Below are positions 50,871-60,083 of a stretch of DNA of 64,000 nucleotides, in pieces (within the stretch, counting starts at the first letter, position 1; each line of letters begins with the position of its first letter). Below the pieces are notes generated by a model. The model had not been told where the DNA came from. It did not search any database and saw nothing but the letters and a program-made list of their open reading frames with translations. The stretch spans positions 3,249-67,248 of the forward strand of contig RXJZ01000039.1 in NCBI GenBank assembly GCA_003963025.1. The letters are read 5' to 3'. The translations under genes and the position numbers were made by a program. This DNA is from Flavobacteriaceae bacterium (GTDB lineage Bacteria; Bacteroidota; Bacteroidia; Flavobacteriales; Flavobacteriaceae).

Positions 50871-51458
50871 ATGATTTTACCAATATACGGATATGGTGAA
50901 CCAGTTTTACGCAAAGTAGGAGAGGACATTACACCAGAATATCCGAATCTTAAAGAAACAATTGCGAACATGTATGACACCATGTATCATGCACACGGCG
51001 TTGGTTTGGCGGCTCCACAAGTTGGGTTACCCATTCGTTTGTTTATTGTAGATACCGAACCTTTTAGCGATAGCGATGATGTTTCTAAAGAAGAAGCAGC
51101 TTTAATGAAAGATTTCAAAAAGACATTCATCAATGCAAAAATCATTAAAGAAGAAGGTGATATTTGGGGATTCAACGAAGGGTGTTTGAGTATTCCAGAT
51201 GTGCGTGAAGATGTTTTTCGTCATGATACCATTACAATTGAATATTTTGACGAAGATTTCAATAAGAAGACTGAAGTGTATGATGGTTTAATCGCACGTG
51301 TTATCCAACATGAGTACGATCACATCGAAGGAATTTTATTTACCGATCATTTGTCGATGTTGAAAAAGAAGTTAATTGGGAAAAAATTGCAAAACATTAT
51401 GGATGGTAAAGCAAGACCCGATTATAAAATGAAATACGTAAACAAAAAAGGACGTTAA
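50871..51458 (+). CDS. def: Peptide deformylase
   Basis: GVGLAAPQ, EGCLS and QHEYDH. Confidence 0.96.
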   Translation: MILPIYGYGEPVLRKVGEDITPEYPNLKETIANMYDTMYHAHGVGLAAPQVGLPIRLFIVDTEPFSDSDDVSKEEAALMKDFKKTFINAKIIKEEGDIWGFNEGCLSIPDVREDVFRHDTITIEYFDEDFNKKTEVYDGLIARVIQHEYDHIEGILFTDHLSMLKKKLIGKKLQNIMDGKARPDYKMKYVNKKGR

Positions 51459-51461
51459 TTA

Positions 51462-51561
51462 CAGTATTCAGTGTTCTCCCGATAGCTATCGGGATTAGTA
51501 TTCAGTTTAACTTGTTTAGTTTCTTTAAACTTTTTACTTTTTACGTTTCACTTTTTACTTT
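51462..51561. repeat. Heptamer repeats interrupted by a perfect 18-bp palindrome, followed by a second heptamer array
   Basis: CAGTATT CAGTGTT c[TCCCGATAGCTATCGGGA]t TAGTATT CAGTTT, then CTTTTTA CTTTTTA CGTTTCA CTTTTTA. Confidence 0.65.
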
Positions 51562-51598
51562 AAAATAATATATTTGCCAACCTTAATAAGTAAGAAAC

Positions 51599-52033
51599 AT
51601 GAGCATTCAAAAAATATTAGCCATTTCTGGGAAACCAGGTTTATATGAATTAAAAATTCAAACACGTACAGGATTTGTTGCCGAATCTTTATTAGACGGA
51701 AAAAAGATAACTGTTGGAATGAGAGCTAACGTAAGTTTGTTGTCAGAAATTGCAGTATATACGTATTCTGAAGAAGTGCGTTTAGCAGAAGTTTTCAAAG
51801 CAATCGCTACAAAAGAAAACGACGGTATAGCAATGTCTCACAAAGAAGATGATGCAAAATTAAAAGCCTACTTCAGAGAAATTTTACCAGAATTTGACGA
51901 AGACAGAGTATATACTTCTGACATCAAGAAAATCTTAAACTGGTACAATTTGTTACAACCTAAAGGTTTCGTTTCTGTAGAAGCGTTATCTAAAGAAATC
52001 AAACAAGAAGAAGAAACTCCAGCTGCTGAATAA
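51599..52033 (+). CDS. DUF5606 family protein
   Basis: ILAISGKPGLY...DRVYTSDIKKILNWYN. Confidence 0.75.
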   Translation: MSIQKILAISGKPGLYELKIQTRTGFVAESLLDGKKITVGMRANVSLLSEIAVYTYSEEVRLAEVFKAIATKENDGIAMSHKEDDAKLKAYFREILPEFDEDRVYTSDIKKILNWYNLLQPKGFVSVEALSKEIKQEEETPAAE

Positions 52034-52098
52034 GCATTGGAAAAATTATACTTTAAAATCCTGCGTTTTCCACGTGGGATTTTTTATTTTTACAACTA

Positions 52099-52129
52099 CT
52101 TTGTCATGCTGAACTCGTTTCAGCATCTC
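52099..52129. repeat. REP-like hairpin (TGTCA-type)
   Basis: CTTTGTC-ATGCTGAA-ctcgt-TTCAGCAT-CTC. A deleted variant lies at 52961-52984. Confidence 0.6.
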
Positions 52130-52160
52130 TAAACCGATAACAAACAACAGACAACCGAAT

Positions 52161-52934
52161 ATGAACACACGCCAACAACAACTACAAGCATTCAATCGAC
52201 TTTTAGATATTATGGACGATTTACGCGAAAAATGTCCGTGGGATAAAAAGCAAACGCTCGAAAGTCTTCGTCATTTAACGATTGAAGAAACCTACGAATT
52301 AGGTGATGCGATTTTAGATAATGATTTGGAAGAAATCAAGAAAGAGTTGGGTGACGTGTTGTTACATATTGTGTTTTATGCGAAAATTGGTAGCGAAACC
52401 AATGCATTTGATATTGCAGATGTAGCGAATTCGATTTGTGATAAATTAATCGATCGTCATCCTCATATTTATGGAGATGTTGTTGTGGCTGACGAAGAAG
52501 AAGTAAAGCAAAATTGGGAAAAACTAAAACTAAAAGAAGGCAAAAAATCGGTTTTGGAAGGCGTGCCAAAAAGTTTGCCAGCATTAGTAAAAGCAAGTCG
52601 TATTCAAGATAAGGTAAAAGGTGTTGGATTTGATTGGGAAGAACCACATCAAGTGTGGGATAAAGTACAAGAAGAACTAAACGAACTCCAAGTTGAGGTA
52701 CAAGCCGGCAATCAAGACAAAATAGAAGCCGAATTTGGCGATGTTTTGTTCTCCATGATAAATTACGCAAGATTCTTAAAAGTAAACCCAGAAGACGCTT
52801 TAGAACGCACCAACAAAAAATTCATCAAACGTTTCCAATATTTAGAAAGCAAAGCCACCGAATTAGGCAAACCTTTAATGAATATGACTTTGGCGGAAAT
52901 GGATGTTTTTTGGGAAGAAGCGAAGAAGTTGTAG
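52161..52934 (+). CDS. mazG: Nucleoside triphosphate pyrophosphohydrolase MazG
   Basis: CPWDKKQT, EETYE, ELGD, RHPH and a second domain EFGDVLF. Confidence 0.93.
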   Translation: MNTRQQQLQAFNRLLDIMDDLREKCPWDKKQTLESLRHLTIEETYELGDAILDNDLEEIKKELGDVLLHIVFYAKIGSETNAFDIADVANSICDKLIDRHPHIYGDVVVADEEEVKQNWEKLKLKEGKKSVLEGVPKSLPALVKASRIQDKVKGVGFDWEEPHQVWDKVQEELNELQVEVQAGNQDKIEAEFGDVLFSMINYARFLKVNPEDALERTNKKFIKRFQYLESKATELGKPLMNMTLAEMDVFWEEAKKL

Positions 52935-53194
52935 TGCTCAGTGTTCAGTTTTCAGTTTAGCTTTGTCATACTGTTAAGCATCTCTTTTATATCATCTCTA
53001 CGGGATTTTTATCAATACTATTACACTAAGTTACCCATATTTCATGCCTAAAGGCATTTTCAAATAGTTTTATTTACTTTTTTTAGTTCCGTAGGAACGT
53101 AATATGGGTAAAAAAATAACGAAACGATTAGGAAGGCTTGTAGGGACAATATTTTTTAATGTTTTGTGTTCACGAGCGAGACGCTCGCGCTAGC
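52932..53194. repeat. Cluster of REP-like palindromes, including an inverted doublet
   Basis: ATCTCTACGGGAT; TTACCCATATTTC-ATGCCTAAAGGCAT / GTTCCGTAGGAAC-GTAATATGGGTAA; CACGAGCGAGACGCTCGCGCTAGC. Confidence 0.7.
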
Positions 53195-53342
53195 TTGGGG
53201 TCAAATTTACCAAAACTTTTGATTAGTCACGAACCATTCCAATTACAATAGCGACTTTCAGTTTATTCCGAAAGCCACTATAGCTACAAACTGTGGTTGT
53301 AGGCTGTATTTTTATTAATAAATTTTATAATTTTCTAAAATA

Positions 53343-53774
53343 TTAGATTCTACCTTTTTGTGTTGATTTTATAATATTTCTTGATGTACCCTCATACATT
53401 ATTTCCCAGCCATAATATTTATTATCTTTTTTATATACTAAAAAGATATTGTTATTTTCTGAAAAATAATTATGTATTTCGCATGAATTCATTTTTGAAT
53501 ATTCATTTTTATCTAATATGATATATTCTTTATTTTCTAATAGAATCTGACTTTCATTAAAATCTTTAAAATAGGTGTTGATTAAAAAATAATAAGCGTC
53601 AAAACCATTATCATTTTTTATAAATAAATAGGATTGAAGTATAGTCTTTCCATCATTTGATAATTCTATTTTAAAATCATTTGAGTTTTCAATGTAAATA
53701 GCTTTTTCTTGTGAAAAAGTAATTCCAAATACATTTAATAGGAAAAATGTTATATATATATATGTTTTTTTCAT
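53343..53774 (-). CDS. Hypothetical secreted protein (possible partner/immunity protein)
   Basis: Signal peptide, very AT-rich, starts 3 bp after the upstream stop. Confidence 0.65.
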   Translation of the reverse strand: MKKTYIYITFFLLNVFGITFSQEKAIYIENSNDFKIELSNDGKTILQSYLFIKNDNGFDAYYFLINTYFKDFNESQILLENKEYIILDKNEYSKMNSCEIHNYFSENNNIFLVYKKDNKYYGWEIMYEGTSRNIIKSTQKGRI

Positions 53775-53777
53775 TGT

Positions 53778-55616
53778 TTAATTACATGTATTATTAAATT
53801 TGTTATTAGAAGCCGTTTCAATATAATTTTTTTTATTTAAAGATGTAGTGTTGCTTTGTATTAAATTAATATAATTTTGTGTATTTTCTAAACCTCTCCA
53901 AGATAAGAAATAAAATGCTTCATTCAACGTAAATGCTCCATTTGTGTTATTAATGTCATTATTAATATTATTTAAAAAATCGAATGAAGGGTTATTTAAT
54001 AAAGGGTACGCTTCTAATAAATTTTGAGAGATTATATTGTTATAATTTAAGCCTGTCATTAAATTATGATTCCATTCACTTTGATTTGAATAATTTCTAT
54101 ACTCTTGAATTAACAAATTTAAAAATGATAATCCATAATTATCCATTGGTGAAATTTGTTGACCACTCGAATTGAAACTAAAAAGACCATTATAAGTTGT
54201 TGAATTAAATCCCATATTCGAAATAATTCCTAATCTTAAACATCTTTCTAATAATTCTGCATGAATTAATTCATGTATAAGTGTTAAAGCAATTTCAATT
54301 GTTGAAGCGTTATTAACAAAGTTTTGGTCCAAAGTAATTTTATATAAACTATGGGAAGTTATACCTCCTCTAGCTTGTGGACTTGTTACTGCATCATATC
54401 CAGATGGTAAATTTGCAATTGAAAAAATAACGTTTGCTTTATCATTACTATCAAATAAATCAACAATAATTTTTTTGAAATGAGAATTATTACTTAAAGA
54501 TAATAGTTTTTGAAAGACACAATATGTTTTTTGATTATTAGAAAAACTTTCCTCTACAATTATTTCATTGTTTATATTTATTTCACCACCATTCATTAAT
54601 GCAATTATTGCTTCCTTAATAAAATCTACACTTTCAGCAGAATATTCAGTAGCTAAAAGGTCAGTCACTTGACTTTCAAGATATTCAAAAATATTGTTTT
54701 CAGCTTCTTGATTATTGTTTAACCAAGCATTTTGATTCCAACTTAAATTAGTGGTAAAGTTCTTTTGACGTTTTATTAATGCTTGTGCTTCCTGTTCGCT
54801 TTCTAGTGATGTTGTAGGAGTAGTTATAATTTGATTTGATGAAGATCCACTGCTCCCTGATCCAGTAGATCCACCACCACCAGTAGGAGATCCATTTCCA
54901 TTTGTTCCGAAATCTGAATCAAAACCAAAACCTTCTCCACCGCCACTCCCGCCTTCCCAGCAAGTATGTCCAATTATAACCCAGCCGCCACATGTTCCTT
55001 GAGGATTATCAGCTCCATACAAATCACCTTCATCGCAATTTAAAGTTGAATCCCAAAACATTATTGTTTCGCAAATATATCTTCCGTTTGAATTGTTTTG
55101 AAAAACTGGTATTAATTCGTTTGTGTTGAAATTGATTTCATAATATTCAATCTGATTGTTTTGCATTTGTTCTAACGACATGCTATTTAACTCGTTAAAA
55201 GTTTTGTTATAGTCAACTAAAAATGTTTTTACTTCATTGTTTGGATAAACAATAATTACTAAATTTTCTAAATCGGTTGAATTTTCTCTAAAAACAAAAA
55301 AAGTATAAGATTTTGTTCCATCTGTTTTTTCAATATACATACCTTCATCAGAATTTATGTAAAAATTATTTAAAGTGTCTTTGATAATTTTATTTGAAGC
55401 AGAAGCAGTTCTTTTTGTTAACGTTTTTGTTTTATTTATTTTATCAACAACAATAGAGTTGTTAATTTCATTAAAAGATATTTTTTTAATGAGTAAATCA
55501 TTTTGATTTTTGATGTTTTCGGTTTCAACTATAGTTTCTTCTACCTGACAACTTATAGTTGTTAAAAGAAATACAATCAATAAAGAGATTGAGAGAGATT
55601 TGAATTTGTTCTTCAT
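53778..55616 (-). CDS. Lipoprotein with a Gly/Ser linker and a C-terminal HExxH zincin-like domain
   Basis: Lipobox TIS-C, Cys/Gly-rich linker and TLIHELIHAE. Confidence 0.7.
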   Translation of the reverse strand: MKNKFKSLSISLLIVFLLTTISCQVEETIVETENIKNQNDLLIKKISFNEINNSIVVDKINKTKTLTKRTASASNKIIKDTLNNFYINSDEGMYIEKTDGTKSYTFFVFRENSTDLENLVIIVYPNNEVKTFLVDYNKTFNELNSMSLEQMQNNQIEYYEINFNTNELIPVFQNNSNGRYICETIMFWDSTLNCDEGDLYGADNPQGTCGGWVIIGHTCWEGGSGGGEGFGFDSDFGTNGNGSPTGGGGSTGSGSSGSSSNQIITTPTTSLESEQEAQALIKRQKNFTTNLSWNQNAWLNNNQEAENNIFEYLESQVTDLLATEYSAESVDFIKEAIIALMNGGEININNEIIVEESFSNNQKTYCVFQKLLSLSNNSHFKKIIVDLFDSNDKANVIFSIANLPSGYDAVTSPQARGGITSHSLYKITLDQNFVNNASTIEIALTLIHELIHAELLERCLRLGIISNMGFNSTTYNGLFSFNSSGQQISPMDNYGLSFLNLLIQEYRNYSNQSEWNHNLMTGLNYNNIISQNLLEAYPLLNNPSFDFLNNINNDINNTNGAFTLNEAFYFLSWRGLENTQNYINLIQSNTTSLNKKNYIETASNNKFNNTCN

Positions 55617-55922
55617 AATTTACGTTGTTTTTGTTTTACTAATTATTTTACAAGCTTACAAAGTATTATTTTATTTCAGTTACAGATTTTCTGTACATTT
55701 TCAATTTTATTTTCTAGTGTTTACTGGATTTGTAATATTGAAAGTCCATTTTCTGTAATAAAAAATCTAATTCTTTGTTTTTCTACTTACTTAGTGCAAA
55801 GCAAATCTCTTACAACTACTAAGTAGCATATAATTTATGTTATTTTTGAACGCAATTTAAAACAACTTATGAAATCCATTGCTGTAGTTTTTCTGCATAT
55901 TTTTACTAAATTTTAAACAATC

Positions 55923-55954
55923 AAAAAAAAAATCCCGAGCCTAAACTCGGGATT
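55923..55954 (-). terminator. Rho-independent terminator
   Basis: AATCCCGAG-cctaaa-CTCGGGATT with an A-run on +. Confidence 0.8.
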
Positions 55955-55959
55955 CTATC

Positions 55960-57843
55960 TTACATATTTTTAATTTGCTGTAGCTTTTCTTTCCACAATT
56001 TCAAGTCGTCTTTGTGGCGTTCAATATTTTTCTGAACTTCTTTAATAAAAGGATTTTCACCTTTCGAACTACTGCTAATAAACTGAATGTTGTTTTCTAA
56101 CTGGAAAATTTCGCTTTGTACTTCGTCGATTTTCTTTCTGATGAAGAATTGCTCTTGTTCTAAAGCTCTGCGGTCGTCGCCTTCCGATAATTGCTCTAAA
56201 CGGTTGCTAAAACGCATCATTTCCGTGTCTTTTTTAGACATGCTTAGTTTTTCAAACAATGCATCTAAAATCTTATTGAATTTTCCTTCAATGTGTCTTC
56301 TGTTAAAAGGCACTTTTCCAAAAGTTTTCCAAGTCGCAATGTGTGCTTTTATCGCGTCTAAATCCGCTTTATGCTCACCAGTTAAAGTGAATGATTTTAA
56401 CTCTTCTAAGAATGCTTTTTTCTTTTCAAAAGCTTCTACTTCTTCACTGGTTTCTGCATTTCTAGCTTCGTGCATTCTATCAAAATACGCATTACACGCA
56501 TCTTTAAAGTCTTTCCAAACGCTGTCGGAATATTTACGAGGCACATGTCCAATTTTCTTCCAATCTTCCTGAATTTTCTTCATAATTGGAGTAGTCGCAG
56601 CGAAATCGGTGCTTTCTTTTAACGATTTTGCTTTTTCAACTAAGGCTAACTTTTTATTTAAGTTTTCGTGTTGCTCGTGTTTGATGTCTTTATAAAAAAC
56701 GTTTTTGTTAGCATTAAAAGAACGAACCGCATTTTTAAAGTTCGCCCAAGTTTCCTCAGTTACTTCCGCTGGCACTTTTCCTGCTTTAAAGAACGCATCA
56801 CGCAACGCTTCCATTTTCTGAATTTGTGCTTGCCATCCACTATGCGAATCGATTTTCTCGTTTCCTAAAGCGATGATTTGCGAAATGATTTCGTTTTTAA
56901 TCGCTAAGTTTTCAGTTTCTTTTCCTCTTGCTAAAGCGTATAAAGCTTCGCGTTTATCGTGCATTTGTTTGGTAATTTCGCTGAATTCGTTCCAAATCGC
57001 TTCTCTGTGTTCACGATCTACTGGACCAATTTCTTCTTTCCAAACGCGGTGTAACAATTGCAATTCACGGAAGGCTTTCATTACGTCAGCTTCGTTCAAC
57101 AATTCTTTGGCTTTAGCAATGATTAATTGTTTTTGCTCTAAATTGTTTTTCAAATCTAAATCACGCGCTTCTTTGTCTAAGTGCATGATATCGTAAAAAC
57201 GCTCCATGTGAAAATGGTAGTTGTTCCACAAGATGTTGTATTTATCTCTTGGAATCGCACCTGCATTTTTCCAACGCTCACGAATTTCGTTTACTTTTTT
57301 GAACATATCGCTAATGCTCGAATCACCTGAATCGATTAAGTTTTTCAACTCGTCGATTAAGCTTTCACGAACCGCGAAATTCTGTTCTAAATTGTTTTGT
57401 AATTGTTTGAAGTGTTTGGCTTTACTTGCTTTGTACGCATTGTAAATGCCATCAAACTTATTTTTTAAAGGAAAGTGATACTCAAAATCTAAACCTTCTT
57501 CGTTGTTTTGAGCTAAGAATTCCTCTTTTTTCTCGTCTATAAAATGATTGTATTTGTCCGAAAAAGCTTTTCTAATGCCTTCTACATGGTCTTTAATCGC
57601 CATTACTTTTTCGTTCTCAACTAATTTTTCAAGTTCCTCGGTTAAGGCTTCCATCGACATTGCATCGTAATCCAAAACTGGAATTTCGTGCTTTTCTTTT
57701 ATCGAATCATCTTCGCTTTCTTCTGCATTAGAATTGTCTATTTCCTCTAATACCGATTGACTAATAATGGTAACACCATCTAATTGTTCCATTTGGTCTT
57801 GTCCATCTGCGTTGTGCAGGTTATCATGTGTTGCTTCTGACAT
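55960..57843 (-). CDS. DUF349 domain protein
   Basis: Repeated W...G.VP......W..F...C..FF helical units. Confidence 0.85.
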   Translation of the reverse strand: MSEATHDNLHNADGQDQMEQLDGVTIISQSVLEEIDNSNAEESEDDSIKEKHEIPVLDYDAMSMEALTEELEKLVENEKVMAIKDHVEGIRKAFSDKYNHFIDEKKEEFLAQNNEEGLDFEYHFPLKNKFDGIYNAYKASKAKHFKQLQNNLEQNFAVRESLIDELKNLIDSGDSSISDMFKKVNEIRERWKNAGAIPRDKYNILWNNYHFHMERFYDIMHLDKEARDLDLKNNLEQKQLIIAKAKELLNEADVMKAFRELQLLHRVWKEEIGPVDREHREAIWNEFSEITKQMHDKREALYALARGKETENLAIKNEIISQIIALGNEKIDSHSGWQAQIQKMEALRDAFFKAGKVPAEVTEETWANFKNAVRSFNANKNVFYKDIKHEQHENLNKKLALVEKAKSLKESTDFAATTPIMKKIQEDWKKIGHVPRKYSDSVWKDFKDACNAYFDRMHEARNAETSEEVEAFEKKKAFLEELKSFTLTGEHKADLDAIKAHIATWKTFGKVPFNRRHIEGKFNKILDALFEKLSMSKKDTEMMRFSNRLEQLSEGDDRRALEQEQFFIRKKIDEVQSEIFQLENNIQFISSSSKGENPFIKEVQKNIERHKDDLKLWKEKLQQIKNM

Positions 57844-57973
57844 TGTGTAAATGCTTAAGGTTACTAAATAAGGTGTGAAGATACTAAAGCACCTTGAAAA
57901 TTCAAAAAAAATCGACTAATTAATCACTTATTTTCTTTGAAACGAGTGTTTTGGGCTTCCTTGCCATCCATTT

Positions 57974-58016
57974 TCCCGCTATCCACTATACAAGGTGTCG
58001 CTCCTATCGGGGTTAG
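57974..58016 (+). repeat. Structured intergenic repeat, Flavo-1-like (copy 2)
   Basis: 39/43 identical to 11646-11688, with one compensatory pair change. Confidence 0.6.
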
Positions 58017-58216
58017 ATAGCCATCAAAAGGCTTTCTTGGGATTGATTTTTTGTAGAAGTTTTGGTTTTGTGTGTTTCAGAGTAAACGCACAATTAAATG
58101 TTTTCTATGCAAAGTGAACGCCTAAAATCAACGCATAGTTTTCTAATGTGTCTATGTGTTTAAAAGAAAATCAGCTATAATCCGCGCTTGAAAATCCGTG
58201 TCATCCGCGTGCTTAC

Positions 58217-58972
58217 TTACTCATTCCAAATCTTCCAAGCCTTTTCCGCCTGTAAAACCAACATTTCGTAACCGTTTTTCGTCACGGCGCCTTGTGCTTT
58301 AGCCTTTTTTAAAAATGCAGTTTCTTCTGGATTGTAAATTAAGTCGTAAGCAATGTGTTTTTTGGTAAACAAACTGTAATCTAAATTCGGACAATCGTCT
58401 ACATTCGGATGTGTTCCTACTGGAGTAGTGTTGATGATAATAGTGTACTCTTCAAAAATAGAAGCATCTAATTCTTCGTATTTGTATTGAAATTCATCAG
58501 CTGTTCTAGAAACAAAATCATATTCAATTTTCAAGCTTCTTAAAGCGTAAGCAATGGCTTTACTAGCGCCACCCGTTCCTAAAATTAATGCTTTTTTATG
58601 ATGCTCTTTCAATAAGGGTTGTATCGATTTTTTGAATCCGTGATAATCGGTGTTGTAACCTTTTAGTTTTTTCTTTTTGGAAATCGTAATACAGTTTACA
58701 GCACCAATTTTCTTAGCTGTTTTTGATAATTTATCCAAATATGGAATAATCTCTTCTTTGTACGGAATAGTAACATTTAAACCACGTAAACCTTTAATTT
58801 CTGTGATTACTTTTGGAAACTCTTTGATATTTTCAATGTCGTAATTTTTGTATTCGCAATTGTCGAAATGACCAATTTCAAACTTCTCATTGAAATATTT
58901 TTTTGAAAAAGAATAGCTTATGTTTCGACCAATTAAGCCAAATTTCAACTGTTTTTTTGTTTTCTTTTTCAT
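58217..58972 (-). CDS. aroE: Shikimate dehydrogenase
   Basis: SYSFS, GLNVTIPYK, GAVN, NTD, GTGGAS and DLIYNP. Confidence 0.92.
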   Translation of the reverse strand: MKKKTKKQLKFGLIGRNISYSFSKKYFNEKFEIGHFDNCEYKNYDIENIKEFPKVITEIKGLRGLNVTIPYKEEIIPYLDKLSKTAKKIGAVNCITISKKKKLKGYNTDYHGFKKSIQPLLKEHHKKALILGTGGASKAIAYALRSLKIEYDFVSRTADEFQYKYEELDASIFEEYTIIINTTPVGTHPNVDDCPNLDYSLFTKKHIAYDLIYNPEETAFLKKAKAQGAVTKNGYEMLVLQAEKAWKIWNE

Positions 58973-59057
58973 TTGGTATTAAGTTAAAATTACAATCTAT
59001 CAAATATAATCAGAGTCTTGTTTTAAATTGTTACTTGAACGTTATTTTTTTACAAAT

Positions 59058-60026
59058 TTAGTTTTTACCTAATTTACTTGCCATTTTTTCCATTCCAAAA
59101 ATCAATACAAATCCTAAAATAGCTAATACGATTGCCATGGCAATTTGGGGTTCACCATTAAAATTTTGTGGTAAAATACTCTTGTCAATATAAGGTACTA
59201 CTTCGCCATGGCTGTTGATTCTAGTTTCTAATACCTCTTTCCAAGGCCAAACTTTATTTAACGAACCAACCATAAAACCTACTAACAAAGTTAATGTAGT
59301 GTTTTTATGATGTTCAAACATCCAGTGTAATACTTTAGAAAATGATTTTAATCCGATAATGCAGCCAAGCGCAAAAATACCTAATTTTAATAAAGCTTGT
59401 GTTAAGATTTCTGAATTGGCTGAAGTTAATCCTTCTCTGAAAGTATTGATTGTTCCAATTACGGTTTCATACGAACCCATTAAAAGCAAAATGAATGCGC
59501 CAGAAATTCCCGGTAAAATCATGGCAATAATGGCAATAAATCCGGATAAAAATAAATACCAATAACTATCAGGAGAACTCACTGGTCTTGCAATGGTAAT
59601 GTAATAAGAAATGGTAATTCCAATCAATAAAAAGAGAATATCCACTAATTTCCAACTCGTAATTTCTTTCCAAATTAGAGTTATACTAGCAATAATTAAA
59701 CCAAAGAAAAAGGACCAAACTAAAATGGGTTGGGTTTCTAATAAATGGGTTATCACTTTAGAAAAAGTCAAAATGCTGATTCCGATTCCAGATAATAAAG
59801 CCAATAAAAAACTGCCGTTTACTTGTTCCCAAGCTGCTTTTAATCCGTCTTTTTTTAATGTTTTTAATACCGAAAGATTCACATTATTAATGCTATCAAT
59901 CAATTCTTGATAAATACCAGAAATAAAAGCAATAGTTCCACCAGAAACACCAGGAACAACATCGGCAGCACCCATGGCTAGGCCTTTAAGCGTAATAATT
60001 AGATAATCGGGAAATAGTTTTCTCAT
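59058..60026 (-). CDS. DUF368 membrane protein (undecaprenyl-phosphate translocase family)
   Basis: GAADVVPGVSGGTIA and AMILPGISG. Confidence 0.88.
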   Translation of the reverse strand: MRKLFPDYLIITLKGLAMGAADVVPGVSGGTIAFISGIYQELIDSINNVNLSVLKTLKKDGLKAAWEQVNGSFLLALLSGIGISILTFSKVITHLLETQPILVWSFFFGLIIASITLIWKEITSWKLVDILFLLIGITISYYITIARPVSSPDSYWYLFLSGFIAIIAMILPGISGAFILLLMGSYETVIGTINTFREGLTSANSEILTQALLKLGIFALGCIIGLKSFSKVLHWMFEHHKNTTLTLLVGFMVGSLNKVWPWKEVLETRINSHGEVVPYIDKSILPQNFNGEPQIAMAIVLAILGFVLIFGMEKMASKLGKN

Positions 60027-60083
60027 TGCAATAAAAATTCCAAAGCATCGCTACTTTGGAATGGATTAAGGGTTGTTAATTCT

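Noticed and set aside
52161-52934. MazG as an anti-phage or toxin-antitoxin component
   Set aside because: It is the standard two-domain housekeeping MazG with no mazEF or defence neighbours.
52090-55820. 11-bp direct repeat TTACAACTACT (52090 and 55810) as a target-site duplication
   Set aside because: It would enclose the core mazG gene, and 11-mer matches are expected by chance in 64 kb of AT-rich DNA.
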